A DNA stretch of 64,000 bases, taken from NCBI GenBank assembly GCA_963740355.1, contig CAVUDW010000002.1, positions 128,001 through 192,000 on the forward strand, in the 5' to 3' direction. The notes below the pieces were generated by a model, which was given only the letters and a program-made list of their open reading frames with translations, was not told where the DNA came from and ran no database searches. Shown here in pieces: positions 50,053-58,271 of this stretch. The DNA comes from an uncultured Gemmatimonadaceae bacterium. Its GTDB lineage: Bacteria; Gemmatimonadota; Gemmatimonadetes; Gemmatimonadales; Gemmatimonadaceae. The position numbers and the translations under genes are program-made. Numbering within the stretch: the first letter of the stretch is position 1; each line of letters starts with the position of its first letter.

Positions 50053-51146
50053 CGGATCACGACCTCGGCCGAGATGGCGCCGACTTCGCGCAGGGCGCTG
50101 AAGATGGCGGCGATTTCCTGCGGCGATGACCGGACGCCATGGAGGGCACTGGCAATGCGTTGCACCGAGATGCCGGGTTGGAGGCGCACTTCACCGGCGC
50201 TGACGGCCGACGTATCAGCCCCGCCGCCGATCGAGAGGGTGATCTGTCCGTGTGTGACCACGGCCTCGCCGACGGTCACATCGCCACCAGCCACCACGGT
50301 CCCGTCGCGACCATCGATCACGACCTTGGCACCGCGAGCGATGCGGATCGGCAACTCGCGCAACTTGGAGATCGCTGCGCTGCGCGCCGAACCGGCGGAG
50401 TCCTTGAGGGTGAGCGTCACGGAGCCTGGATCATCGACTCGTGCAGTTCCGGCGCCCAGTGCGCTGTCGATCACGGCAGCGATTCGGCTTGCGACGGCAA
50501 TGTCGGGTTCGCGCAGCAAGAGGGCGCTGGTGGACGAGGCATAGGTGGCACGCGGCAAGTCGACTTCCACCACACCACCCGCTGGAACGCGGGCACTGGT
50601 CTCGACTCGAGTACCGTACGAACGTGCACCGCGATCCGAGCCTTCCGAGAGCAACACCCCGCCCTGCGCTGTGGCCATCGGTGCGCCGCCAACTTCCGCG
50701 ATCAGTGGAGTCATGTAGAGCACACCGCCACGCAATGACGGTGCGTCGCCGATGCTCGCGACCTGGACATCGAACCGACCACCGGGCCGCAGGTAGGCCG
50801 ACACTTCAGCCGTCACCAGCACCGCCGCCACGTTGCGCGTGCGGAGGACATTGGCCGGCACCGTGATGTCGAAGCGACGAAGCAGGTTGACGATGCTCTG
50901 CACCGTCTGGCCGCCCTGCGATCCACCCATTCCGCGATCACCAGTACCATCGAGGCCAGCCACCAAACCGTAGCCCACCATGCGCACCGGTGCCGCACCT
51001 TCCGCCAGCACCAGGTCGCGAATGCGCGACTGCGCGGACAAGACTGACGCCGTCATCATCAGCAGCATCGAGACGATGGCACACAGCGCCCCAACCTGGC
51101 GTGCACGCCGATCCGCACGTGCATCGGCAAACTCTTGCTCGATCAT
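50049..51146 (-). CDS. flgI: Flagellar P-ring protein FlgI
   Basis: 'GYGLVAGLDGTGD', 'NVAAVLVTA', 'SIGDAPSLRGG'. Confidence 0.93.
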   Translation of the reverse strand: MIEQEFADARADRRARQVGALCAIVSMLLMMTASVLSAQSRIRDLVLAEGAAPVRMVGYGLVAGLDGTGDRGMGGSQGGQTVQSIVNLLRRFDITVPANVLRTRNVAAVLVTAEVSAYLRPGGRFDVQVASIGDAPSLRGGVLYMTPLIAEVGGAPMATAQGGVLLSEGSDRGARSYGTRVETSARVPAGGVVEVDLPRATYASSTSALLLREPDIAVASRIAAVIDSALGAGTARVDDPGSVTLTLKDSAGSARSAAISKLRELPIRIARGAKVVIDGRDGTVVAGGDVTVGEAVVTHGQITLSIGGGADTSAVSAGEVRLQPGISVQRIASALHGVRSSPQEIAAIFSALREVGAISAEVVIR

Positions 51147-51802
51147 GGCCAGAACGCGCTGAGGATCTTGCCGAACATGCCCTGCTTCGCCTTGCCCAGA
51201 CTGCCCTTGTTGGTGATGTCGAGCTTCGCATCGGCCACGCGCGAGGAGGCGATGGTGTTCATGCCGCCAAGGTCCTGCGGGCGGATGGCACCGCTGAAGC
51301 TGATCTGCTGCTGTTCCTTGTCGACGCCAACGCTCTTCGTGCCCTTGATCGTGAGCACGCCGCTGACGGGATCGATGCTCATGACGCGGGCTGTAATCTC
51401 ACCATCCAGTCGCAGCTGGCGTGAACGATCGCCGCGTTGCGCACTCTCGCCATTGTTGCTTGTGCCGAACGAGGCGCCAGGTGCCGTTGCTGCGGTGGCG
51501 CCGGGTGTGATGAGCTGGAAATCGGTGTTTCGCTTCCGTCGCTGCGTCGCGTTGTCGGACATGTTGGCCGAGGCGAGCGTGTATTCGTCGATGTGGACGA
51601 TGATCAGGTCACCGACCGTGAATGCGCGGCGGTCGGAGGTCCAGTTCAGTCGCGCCGGACGGGCGTTGAGGGCCGGTGTCGGGGCGGCGGGAGCCACCAC
51701 CACACTGTCGCGCCGGGCTTGTGCGTGCGCATGCTGCGCGACGAACATCGTGAGCCCGATGAGGGCGGTGGCGCGCATCAGGTCCTGTTGCGTGATCTTC
51801 AT
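51143..51802 (-). CDS. flgH: Flagellar L-ring protein FlgH
   Basis: 'SDRRAFTVGDLI', 'GAIRPQDL...NTIASSRVADA'. Confidence 0.88.
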   Translation of the reverse strand: MKITQQDLMRATALIGLTMFVAQHAHAQARRDSVVVAPAAPTPALNARPARLNWTSDRRAFTVGDLIIVHIDEYTLASANMSDNATQRRKRNTDFQLITPGATAATAPGASFGTSNNGESAQRGDRSRQLRLDGEITARVMSIDPVSGVLTIKGTKSVGVDKEQQQISFSGAIRPQDLGGMNTIASSRVADAKLDITNKGSLGKAKQGMFGKILSAFWP

Positions 51803-52467
51803 CAGTCCAGTCTCACGGTGTTGCGCCCAGTGGCGATGCCGGCAAAACGCCGGCCGCGATCGAGGCGAATGGCGACGCGTGCGCCAAGCGACGCGTTGTG
51901 TAGGGCGGTGCCGACGAGCGCCAGGCGTACGCCGCCACGAATCAGTTCCGCATGCACGGTGTCACCGGCAAAGACCACCGGGGCGCCGGCGAGATCGATC
52001 GTGCGAATCGGCTCGCCGTCGCGCAGCACACGCCGCGTTTCGGAGCCGATGATCGACGCCATGTCAGTCGTGTTGTCGACATCCGGCGCGCCCCACACGA
52101 GGGTGTGACGCACCAGCACATCCTGCTCGGTGAGGATTGCGCCGCGCGCGACTGCATGCGACGTCACGGGCTCCTCGCGCTCGTGACCGACACGCAGGCG
52201 GGCCACCAGCACCGGCGCGGCGAACCGCGCGGGACGTATGGTGATGGTGTAGATGCCGGACCGATCGCTGCCACTCACTTCCGCCGTGCTGGCGCGAAGC
52301 GCAGTGCTGTCGCCCCGCACGAAACTCCACTCGGCGCACCAGCCACCGCGTGGCGGCGTGCCCCAGGTGCGCGTGATCTGCGACACGATGGAATCGCGCG
52401 CCGATGGCGACTGGCCCGAGACGGGCGTCGACACGACGACTGCAGCGAGAAGTGCGAGCACGAACAT
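51802..52467 (-). CDS. flgA: P-ring assembly chaperone FlgA
   Basis: Signal peptide, SAF-like 'VARGAILTEQDV', position between flgG and flgH. Confidence 0.8.
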   Translation of the reverse strand: MFVLALLAAVVVSTPVSGQSPSARDSIVSQITRTWGTPPRGGWCAEWSFVRGDSTALRASTAEVSGSDRSGIYTITIRPARFAAPVLVARLRVGHEREEPVTSHAVARGAILTEQDVLVRHTLVWGAPDVDNTTDMASIIGSETRRVLRDGEPIRTIDLAGAPVVFAGDTVHAELIRGGVRLALVGTALHNASLGARVAIRLDRGRRFAGIATGRNTVRLD

Positions 52468-53255
52468 CAGCGAACCAGCCCGTTGGCGATCTGCAGCATA
52501 TCGTCGCTGGTCTTGATCGACTTCGACGTCAGTTCGTAGGCGCGCATCGTCGTGATCATGTCCACCATCTCGGTCACGACTTCGACGTTCGACATTTCGA
52601 GTGCGCCCTGCATCAGGCGACCGGTCCCTTCGTCCTGCGGAAACGAGACCATCGGCTCACCGCTGGCTGGCGTGGCCGTGTACATGTTCTGGCCCATCGA
52701 GAGCAGGCCGGCCGGATTGGTGAAGCGGGCCAGTTCGATTCGGCCGAGTTCTTCCGGGATCGAGCTGCCCGCGCGCATTACGCTGACGATGCCCGATGGG
52801 CCAACACTGAGTGCCGACGATTGCGCGGGAATGCGAATGTTGGGCAGCACCGGATTGCCTTCCGAGGTCACAAGCACCCCCTGATCGGAGAGCTGGAGCT
52901 TGCCGTCGCGAGTGTACGCGATCTGGCCGCTCGGCAGCTGCACCTGCAGGAAGCCATCCCCTTCGATGGCGATGTCGGTCGGGTTTTGCGTGGTCTCGAT
53001 CGAGCCCTGTGCATGATCCTTCTGCACGCCGGCCAAGCGCACGCCACGGCCGATCTGCACGGCGGGCAGCGTGTTGGCAGCGGGGCCGCCGATCACCTGC
53101 GGGCCGCTCACCGTCTGGTACAGCAAGTCCTCGAAGTTGGCGCGGCTGCGCTTGTAGCCGGTGGTGTTCACGTTGGCCAGGTTGTTCGCGATCACTTCCT
53201 GGCGGGTCTGCTGTGCGCGCATGCCGGAGGCTGCGGCGCGGAGTGCTGGATCCAT
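52467..53255 (-). CDS. flgG: Flagellar basal-body rod protein FlgG
   Basis: 'ANNLANVNTTGYK', 'YTRDG', 'LEMSNVEVV'. Confidence 0.93.
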   Translation of the reverse strand: MDPALRAAASGMRAQQTRQEVIANNLANVNTTGYKRSRANFEDLLYQTVSGPQVIGGPAANTLPAVQIGRGVRLAGVQKDHAQGSIETTQNPTDIAIEGDGFLQVQLPSGQIAYTRDGKLQLSDQGVLVTSEGNPVLPNIRIPAQSSALSVGPSGIVSVMRAGSSIPEELGRIELARFTNPAGLLSMGQNMYTATPASGEPMVSFPQDEGTGRLMQGALEMSNVEVVTEMVDMITTMRAYELTSKSIKTSDDMLQIANGLVR

Positions 53256-53274
53256 CAGAGATCTCCTGTGCGGC

Positions 53275-54027
53275 TTACGCCGGCTTTCCGATCTGGTTGG
53301 CGGCAATGCCGCGGATGTCATCCATCACTGAGATGGACTTCTGCACGTCCGCGTAAGCGCGCACGGTGTCGATCATTTCCGTCAGCGACTCGATGGCGTT
53401 CACGTTGCTGCCCTCGAGTGCCCCCTGCATCACGTTGCGATCGGCTTCGGCGGCGGGCTTGCGGGCGGCGTCGGGGAGAAAGAGTCCTCCACCTGCGTGC
53501 TGCAGGACGGCTGTCGGCGGAACACTCTCGATCCGAAGAACAGCGGCGTTCAAGCGCCCGGAGAGCCCCGCCTTGCCGTTACTGCCGTCGCCCGTTGCTG
53601 GTGGCTGCACGGTGATCACACCGTTGCGGCCGATGCCGACGTCGCCGCTGGGCAGCGTGATCGGTCCGTTCTCACCGAGGACCAGGTGTCCCTGCTGCGT
53701 CACCAGGCGGCGCTGATCGTCGAGGCGGAGTGCTCCCCCACGCGTGAGGCGTTCACCGTCCGGCGTCTGCACCACCAGGAAGGCATCGCTCTGCATCGCG
53801 ACATCGAGGGAGTTGCCGGTCGGCGTGACATCGCCTTGTGAGCGATCGGTCATCGAGTCGGCCGCGGCGACCGCGTCATCCACCATGCGACCGAAGACCC
53901 GTTCCTTCTTGAAGCCGGTGGTGTCGACGTTGGCGAGGTTGTTCGCGATCGACTGCTGGCGCCGCTCATAGAAGTGCAGGGCGGCGGCAGCGCTGGTCAG
54001 ACCGGAGTTCTTGAGGATCGGGGGCAT
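53275..54027 (-). CDS. flgF: Flagellar basal-body rod protein FlgF
   Basis: 'ANNLANVDTTGFK', 'LTRGG', 'LEGSNVN'; upstream of flgG. Confidence 0.85.
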   Translation of the reverse strand: MPPILKNSGLTSAAAALHFYERRQQSIANNLANVDTTGFKKERVFGRMVDDAVAAADSMTDRSQGDVTPTGNSLDVAMQSDAFLVVQTPDGERLTRGGALRLDDQRRLVTQQGHLVLGENGPITLPSGDVGIGRNGVITVQPPATGDGSNGKAGLSGRLNAAVLRIESVPPTAVLQHAGGGLFLPDAARKPAAEADRNVMQGALEGSNVNAIESLTEMIDTVRAYADVQKSISVMDDIRGIAANQIGKPA

Positions 54028-54058
54028 GGAGGCGGGGCAGGTGTCTGCCGAGTCCATG

Positions 54059-54187
54059 TGCAAGGGGGGGGCCGAAATGTCATGATCGGCTAATTCGTTT
54101 TAGGACAACGACTTATAAGAATTATCAGCTCTCGCTGTTGCGTTGGTGGCTGGGCAATTCATGCCGGTCTCGTGGAAGGGAGTGCCG
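54059..54187 (-). promoter_or_regulatory. sigma54 promoter E (flgF operon) with enhancer boxes and 25-bp box
   Basis: Minus strand CGGCCCCCCCCTTGCA (GG at 54073/54072); 25-bp box 54091-54115; GGGC-N7-GCCG 54152-54166 and TGGA-N7-GCCG 54173-54187. Confidence 0.7.
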
Positions 54188-54346
54188 ACTACATCCCCGT
54201 TGGGGCTGTTTCAGGTCGCTTTGAAATTTTCTCCCAATTTCCATCGAGTTAGGATTCCTGCTGAAAGTGTGGAATTAATTCCTAATTTAGTAGAAATTAG
54301 GAGTTGGCTGGGAGCAATCGTACCACGCATCGCATCACTGACGAAC

Positions 54347-55717
54347 ATGAAGCTGCCCGTCCCACCGCCGGATTTCAGGACATTGCTCCGCGCGGTGTTC
54401 ACGCGGACAACTGGCTCGGCGCAGTTCGACGATTTGATGAGTCTGCGCCTTTCGGCCGCGCCCGAAGGCAAATACCGGCACTGGGATACCTTCCGGCACA
54501 CAACAGACGTCGCGGGATTTCCGGCCGACGAGCGTTGGCTCGCGGTCAAGTTCGCGCGTCGCGCGATGTACCGGACGCTCCCACTGCACGATGTGAGTGG
54601 CCGACCATTCCAGTACGCCCTGGCTAACCCCGTCCTGGAGATGCTGCACCAGATCGACCGGAACGCCGGTGGCAACATTCAAGGCAGTGAGCAGGTCACG
54701 AATCCCTCCACCCGGGATACCTACCTGTTCAAGTCGGTTCTGGAGGAGGCGATCACTTCGAGCCAGCTCGAAGGCGCGTCCACGACACGCAAGGTCGCGA
54801 AAGCGATGATTCAGGAGGCACGGGCACCTCGTAGTCGCAGCGAGCGGATGATCCTGAACAACTATCATGGGATGTTGTTCATACGCGACTACATCACGCA
54901 GCCGCTGACACCGGCCATCGTGCTCGAATTGCAGCGCTGTCTGACGGATGGGACGCTTGATGAGCCTGACGCCGCAGGACGCTTCCGGCGACAGGACGAG
55001 CACATCGTTGTCGAGGACGACACAGGAACCCGTCTCCACACCCCGCCTGACGCGAGCGAGCTTGCGGATCGTCTGCAGGCGATGTGCGACTTTGCCAACG
55101 GATCGCCACAGGACGAGTTCACTCCTCCCGCAGTGCGGGCGATCCTGCTCCACTTCTGGCTGGCGTACGACCACCCATTCGTAGACGGCAATGGCCGCAC
55201 GGCGCGAGCACTCTTTTACTGGGCGATGGCGCGTTCGGGATACTGGCTCTGCGAATACGTCTCGATCTCACGGATCCTTCGGAAAGCACGAGCGCAGTAC
55301 GCGCGCTCATTCTTGTACACGGAAACAGATGACAATGACGTCACCTATTTCCTGCTCTACCAAATGCGCGTGCTGCTCCGGGCGATTGCTGACCTCCATG
55401 AGTTCCTTGCGCGGAAAGCGACTGAGATTCAGGAAGCCGAGGAGATCGTGAGGCGCGCGTCATCCGTGAACTCGGAGCTGAATCCGCGGCAGCTTGCCTT
55501 GATCAATCATGCTCTGAAAACATCGACTGCGCGGTACACGGTCGAGTCGCATAGAATCTCTCACGGCGTGAGTTACGAGACGGCGCGCAGCGACCTGCTC
55601 AAGCTCGTCGGGCTGCGTCTGCTGGTGAAGCGGAAGGCGGGAAAGGCATTTGTGTTCTCGCCGGCAGCGGAATTGCGCGAGCTGCTGCCGGACGAACGCG
55701 AGACTCGTCTCTCCTGA
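54347..55717 (+). CDS. Fic family protein (class II-type, C-terminal wHTH)
   Basis: Catalytic 'HPFVDGNGRTAR'; inhibitory (S/T)xxxE(G/N) 'SSQLEG' N-terminal to it; C-terminal 'HGVSYETARSDLLKLV'. Confidence 0.92.
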   Translation: MKLPVPPPDFRTLLRAVFTRTTGSAQFDDLMSLRLSAAPEGKYRHWDTFRHTTDVAGFPADERWLAVKFARRAMYRTLPLHDVSGRPFQYALANPVLEMLHQIDRNAGGNIQGSEQVTNPSTRDTYLFKSVLEEAITSSQLEGASTTRKVAKAMIQEARAPRSRSERMILNNYHGMLFIRDYITQPLTPAIVLELQRCLTDGTLDEPDAAGRFRRQDEHIVVEDDTGTRLHTPPDASELADRLQAMCDFANGSPQDEFTPPAVRAILLHFWLAYDHPFVDGNGRTARALFYWAMARSGYWLCEYVSISRILRKARAQYARSFLYTETDDNDVTYFLLYQMRVLLRAIADLHEFLARKATEIQEAEEIVRRASSVNSELNPRQLALINHALKTSTARYTVESHRISHGVSYETARSDLLKLVGLRLLVKRKAGKAFVFSPAAELRELLPDERETRLS

Positions 55718-55775
55718 TCGGAACGGCTGAAGCCGTATTGCCGCCGTCTGCTGCGCTGCACGCCTTGGGAAAGTG

Positions 55776-55819
55776 ACGAGCCCCGGGAGACGCGACCATC
55801 GCATCGCCCCGGGGCTCGT
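55776..55819. terminator. Hairpin between convergent fic and swrB-like genes
   Basis: ACGAGCCCCGGG...CCCGGGGCTCGT stem extending inward. Confidence 0.65.
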
Positions 55820-55885
55820 TCCTGCCAACTTGTATTACTGGTGTCCGCATAGATCACTCAGCCCTTGCTTCGGGCGCTTTGCTAG

Positions 55886-56503
55886 TCACCCCACCCGCGC
55901 ATTGAACTGCGTCCCAAGCGTCCGGCTCTTGGCAGCGGGCTGCGGGCGTGCCGCAGTGCCGTAGGCACCCGGCGCAGTCATCGCGCCCTCGGTGGCCGCG
56001 GTGCGCGCCGGCGCCTTGGGCGCCGTCGCGGCCTTCGCCGCCGCCGCACGACGTGCGTGCGCCTTCGGGTCGGCATTGGCCATCATCATCACCACGGCAT
56101 CACGGGCGAGCCCGGTGCGGCGCGCGATGTCGAGTGCATCAGCATTCGTTGCACGCAGCGCGCGCGTCGCAACCTTGGACACCGGCGTCGAGACCTTGAT
56201 GGTCTTGTTCGAGCCGGACTTGCGGCGCGGACGCACGACCACGGCCTGCTCGGCCGGAATCGACTTCATGCCCATCGGCGTCAGCCAGCGACGGAAGCCG
56301 CTGCCGTTCGACGGCGTGGCCAGCTGTACGGCGACTTCAGCGGCCGCCCTGCGGCGACCGCGCAAGATGGCAGCGATCGAGAGCAATAGCACCACAACCA
56401 ACAGCGAACCGACAATCATCACATCGAGCTGGTCACCGGCGATCACACGCTGCACGAACTCCGTGACCTGCGTGCGAACCTGGTCGAAATCGATCGTTGG
56501 CAT
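55886..56503 (-). CDS. Single-TM protein with C-terminal HTH-like motif (SwrB/YlxL-like)
   Basis: TM 'IVGSLLVVVLLLSIAAIL'; 'ALDIARRTGLARDAVVMMM'; overlaps the fliA stop. Confidence 0.55.
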   Translation of the reverse strand: MPTIDFDQVRTQVTEFVQRVIAGDQLDVMIVGSLLVVVLLLSIAAILRGRRRAAAEVAVQLATPSNGSGFRRWLTPMGMKSIPAEQAVVVRPRRKSGSNKTIKVSTPVSKVATRALRATNADALDIARRTGLARDAVVMMMANADPKAHARRAAAAKAATAPKAPARTAATEGAMTAPGAYGTAARPQPAAKSRTLGTQFNARVG

Positions 56504-57456
56504 CAGGCCACTTCCTCGCGCAGCGGGCGCAGTTCGGTCCGCAACTTCTGCAGGGCCTTGGATCGGATCTGTGACACGCGGCTTTCCGTCAGCTGCAGGA
56601 TGTCGGCGATCTCGTGAAGCTTCAGCTCCTCGAAGTAGTAGAGGCTGAGCACGGTGCGCTCCTGTTCCTTCAGGCGCAGGATCGCATCGCGCAGGTGATG
56701 CACTTCCTGCTCGCGGGTGATCAGGTCATCGACCGAGTCATTGCCTTCGTCAGCCAGCACTTCGATCGGCGTCGGGGCCATCGTTTCGGTCTCGCTCGGG
56801 CTGCGATCGAGCGGCACATGGTGCGCGCCTTCGACATCGGAGCGCCACTTCCAGAGCGTCGGCAGATCCACCCCAAGATGTTCTGCAACTTCGCGATCAT
56901 TCGGTGCACGACCCAGCACGCGACCAAGCGTTTCGCGGGCCTGGCCGATCTCTCGCGTCTTGCGGCGAATCGAGCGCGGCACATGATCCTGGCGACGGAG
57001 TTCGTCGAGGATGGCGCCACGAATGCGCGGGGCGGCGAAGGTGCTGAACGCGAGGCCGCGATCGACATCGAAGGCTTCGAGCGCAGACATCAAGCCGATT
57101 GAACCAGAGCTTACCAGCTCGTCGAAATCCGCCTTCACTGCCAACGTCTTCGACATCTGGCGTGCGACATGGTGCACCAGGCCCAGATGTTCCTTCAGCA
57201 GCTGTTCACGAGCATCAGGATCCCCGGCGGCCATCGCGCGCCAAAGCGAAATCTGCGGGTCCATCGTCGGCTCTTTGCGCTTGGGTGAAGGCGCAGCTCC
57301 GCTGCGCGTGGTGGTCGTCAGCGTCGCGCGTGGCGAGCGAACTGGAACCGGGCTATCGGACGGCGACACGAGTGGCAGGACGGCGTTGGCCGCGGCCTCG
57401 ATCACGGGCTGGGATGCGGTGATCACGGGGCGTCGGGTGCGAGTGGAATTCGTCAT
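56503..57456 (-). CDS. fliA: Flagellar sigma factor FliA/WhiG (alternative start 57264)
   Basis: 'FSTFAAPRIRGAILDELR', 'LYYFEELKLHEIA...TESRVSQI'. Confidence 0.93.
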   Translation of the reverse strand: MTNSTRTRRPVITASQPVIEAAANAVLPLVSPSDSPVPVRSPRATLTTTTRSGAAPSPKRKEPTMDPQISLWRAMAAGDPDAREQLLKEHLGLVHHVARQMSKTLAVKADFDELVSSGSIGLMSALEAFDVDRGLAFSTFAAPRIRGAILDELRRQDHVPRSIRRKTREIGQARETLGRVLGRAPNDREVAEHLGVDLPTLWKWRSDVEGAHHVPLDRSPSETETMAPTPIEVLADEGNDSVDDLITREQEVHHLRDAILRLKEQERTVLSLYYFEELKLHEIADILQLTESRVSQIRSKALQKLRTELRPLREEVA

Positions 57457-58271
57457 GCGGCCACCTGTCCGGCCACAAGGCCGAGTGATGCGAGGATGCG
57501 CTGTGGTGCGGGCTTCAGATCGCCGGGAACATCGAGTCCGTCGGTCAGCCAGCGCGTTGGGAGGGCGAGTAAGGCAGCGAGATCGGCAACGCCGGAATCG
57601 TCCGGCAGATCGTCGAGCTTCGTGAGCAGCAGGTGCGTTGGGCGCATCGCGAGGTGTGTGTTCCAGGCGGTGGACGCGACATCGAGGCGCACCCCGGCGG
57701 GAATCACGAAGTGGATCTCGTCCGGGCGCATCGCGCGCAGGATCGGCCACCACTCTTCATCACGTGCACCGGCCTTCGGACTGCGGCCAGGCGTGTCGAC
57801 GATCACGACGTCGACGTCGTTCAGCTGCCCGATGGCGCGCGTCGCGTCAGCGGCATCATACGCCACCTCGAGCGGACAACCAGTGATCTCGGCGTAGGTC
57901 GCGATCTGCTCGAGCCCTGCCACGCGGAAGGTGTCGAGCGTGACCATGCCGACGTTCCAGGTGCCGAAGGCGTGCACGTTGGCGGCCATCTTCGCGATCG
58001 TCGTCGTCTTGCCAGCGCCGGTGGGGCCGACCAGTGCGATGATGTAGGGACGATTGCCGCGGCGCGTCTGCGGTGCAGGCAGGTGCGTCGGCGTGATCTG
58101 GTCGCGGAAGTTGTCCACGTCCGTTGCGGACGCTGCGACGACTTCGACGGCCGACTCGCTGCCGTCGCGCACGGTGCGCGTCTGCAACACGACGGCATCA
58201 TCACCGAAGAGGGCTTCTGCGCTGCGAGCGACCGAGCTGAGGTCACGCGCACGGAATGTTTCAAGCCGCAT
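57453..58271 (-). CDS. flhF: Flagellar SRP-type GTPase FlhF (short, 272 aa)
   Basis: N-terminal 'MRLETF...FGDDAVVLQTR'; 'GPTGAGKTTTIAK', 'DTFR', 'DTPGR', 'TKLD'. Confidence 0.88.
   Translation of the reverse strand: MRLETFRARDLSSVARSAEALFGDDAVVLQTRTVRDGSESAVEVVAASATDVDNFRDQITPTHLPAPQTRRGNRPYIIALVGPTGAGKTTTIAKMAANVHAFGTWNVGMVTLDTFRVAGLEQIATYAEITGCPLEVAYDAADATRAIGQLNDVDVVIVDTPGRSPKAGARDEEWWPILRAMRPDEIHFVIPAGVRLDVASTAWNTHLAMRPTHLLLTKLDDLPDDSGVADLAALLALPTRWLTDGLDVPGDLKPAPQRILASLGLVAGQVAA

Noticed and set aside
54064..54071. G8 tract as a phase-variation switch in the flgF promoter spacer
   Set aside because: A length change would break GG-N10-GC spacing, but 8 bases is short and one sequence gives no evidence of variation.
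54143..54346. N-terminal extension of the Fic protein
   Set aside because: Covers the flgF enhancer boxes and AT-rich promoter DNA; ATG 54347 is the more plausible start.
55599..55850. Small ORF starting MRTPVIQVGRNEP (SEC-C-like)
   Set aside because: Lacks the SEC-C cysteines, runs through a terminator hairpin and overlaps the fic 3' end.
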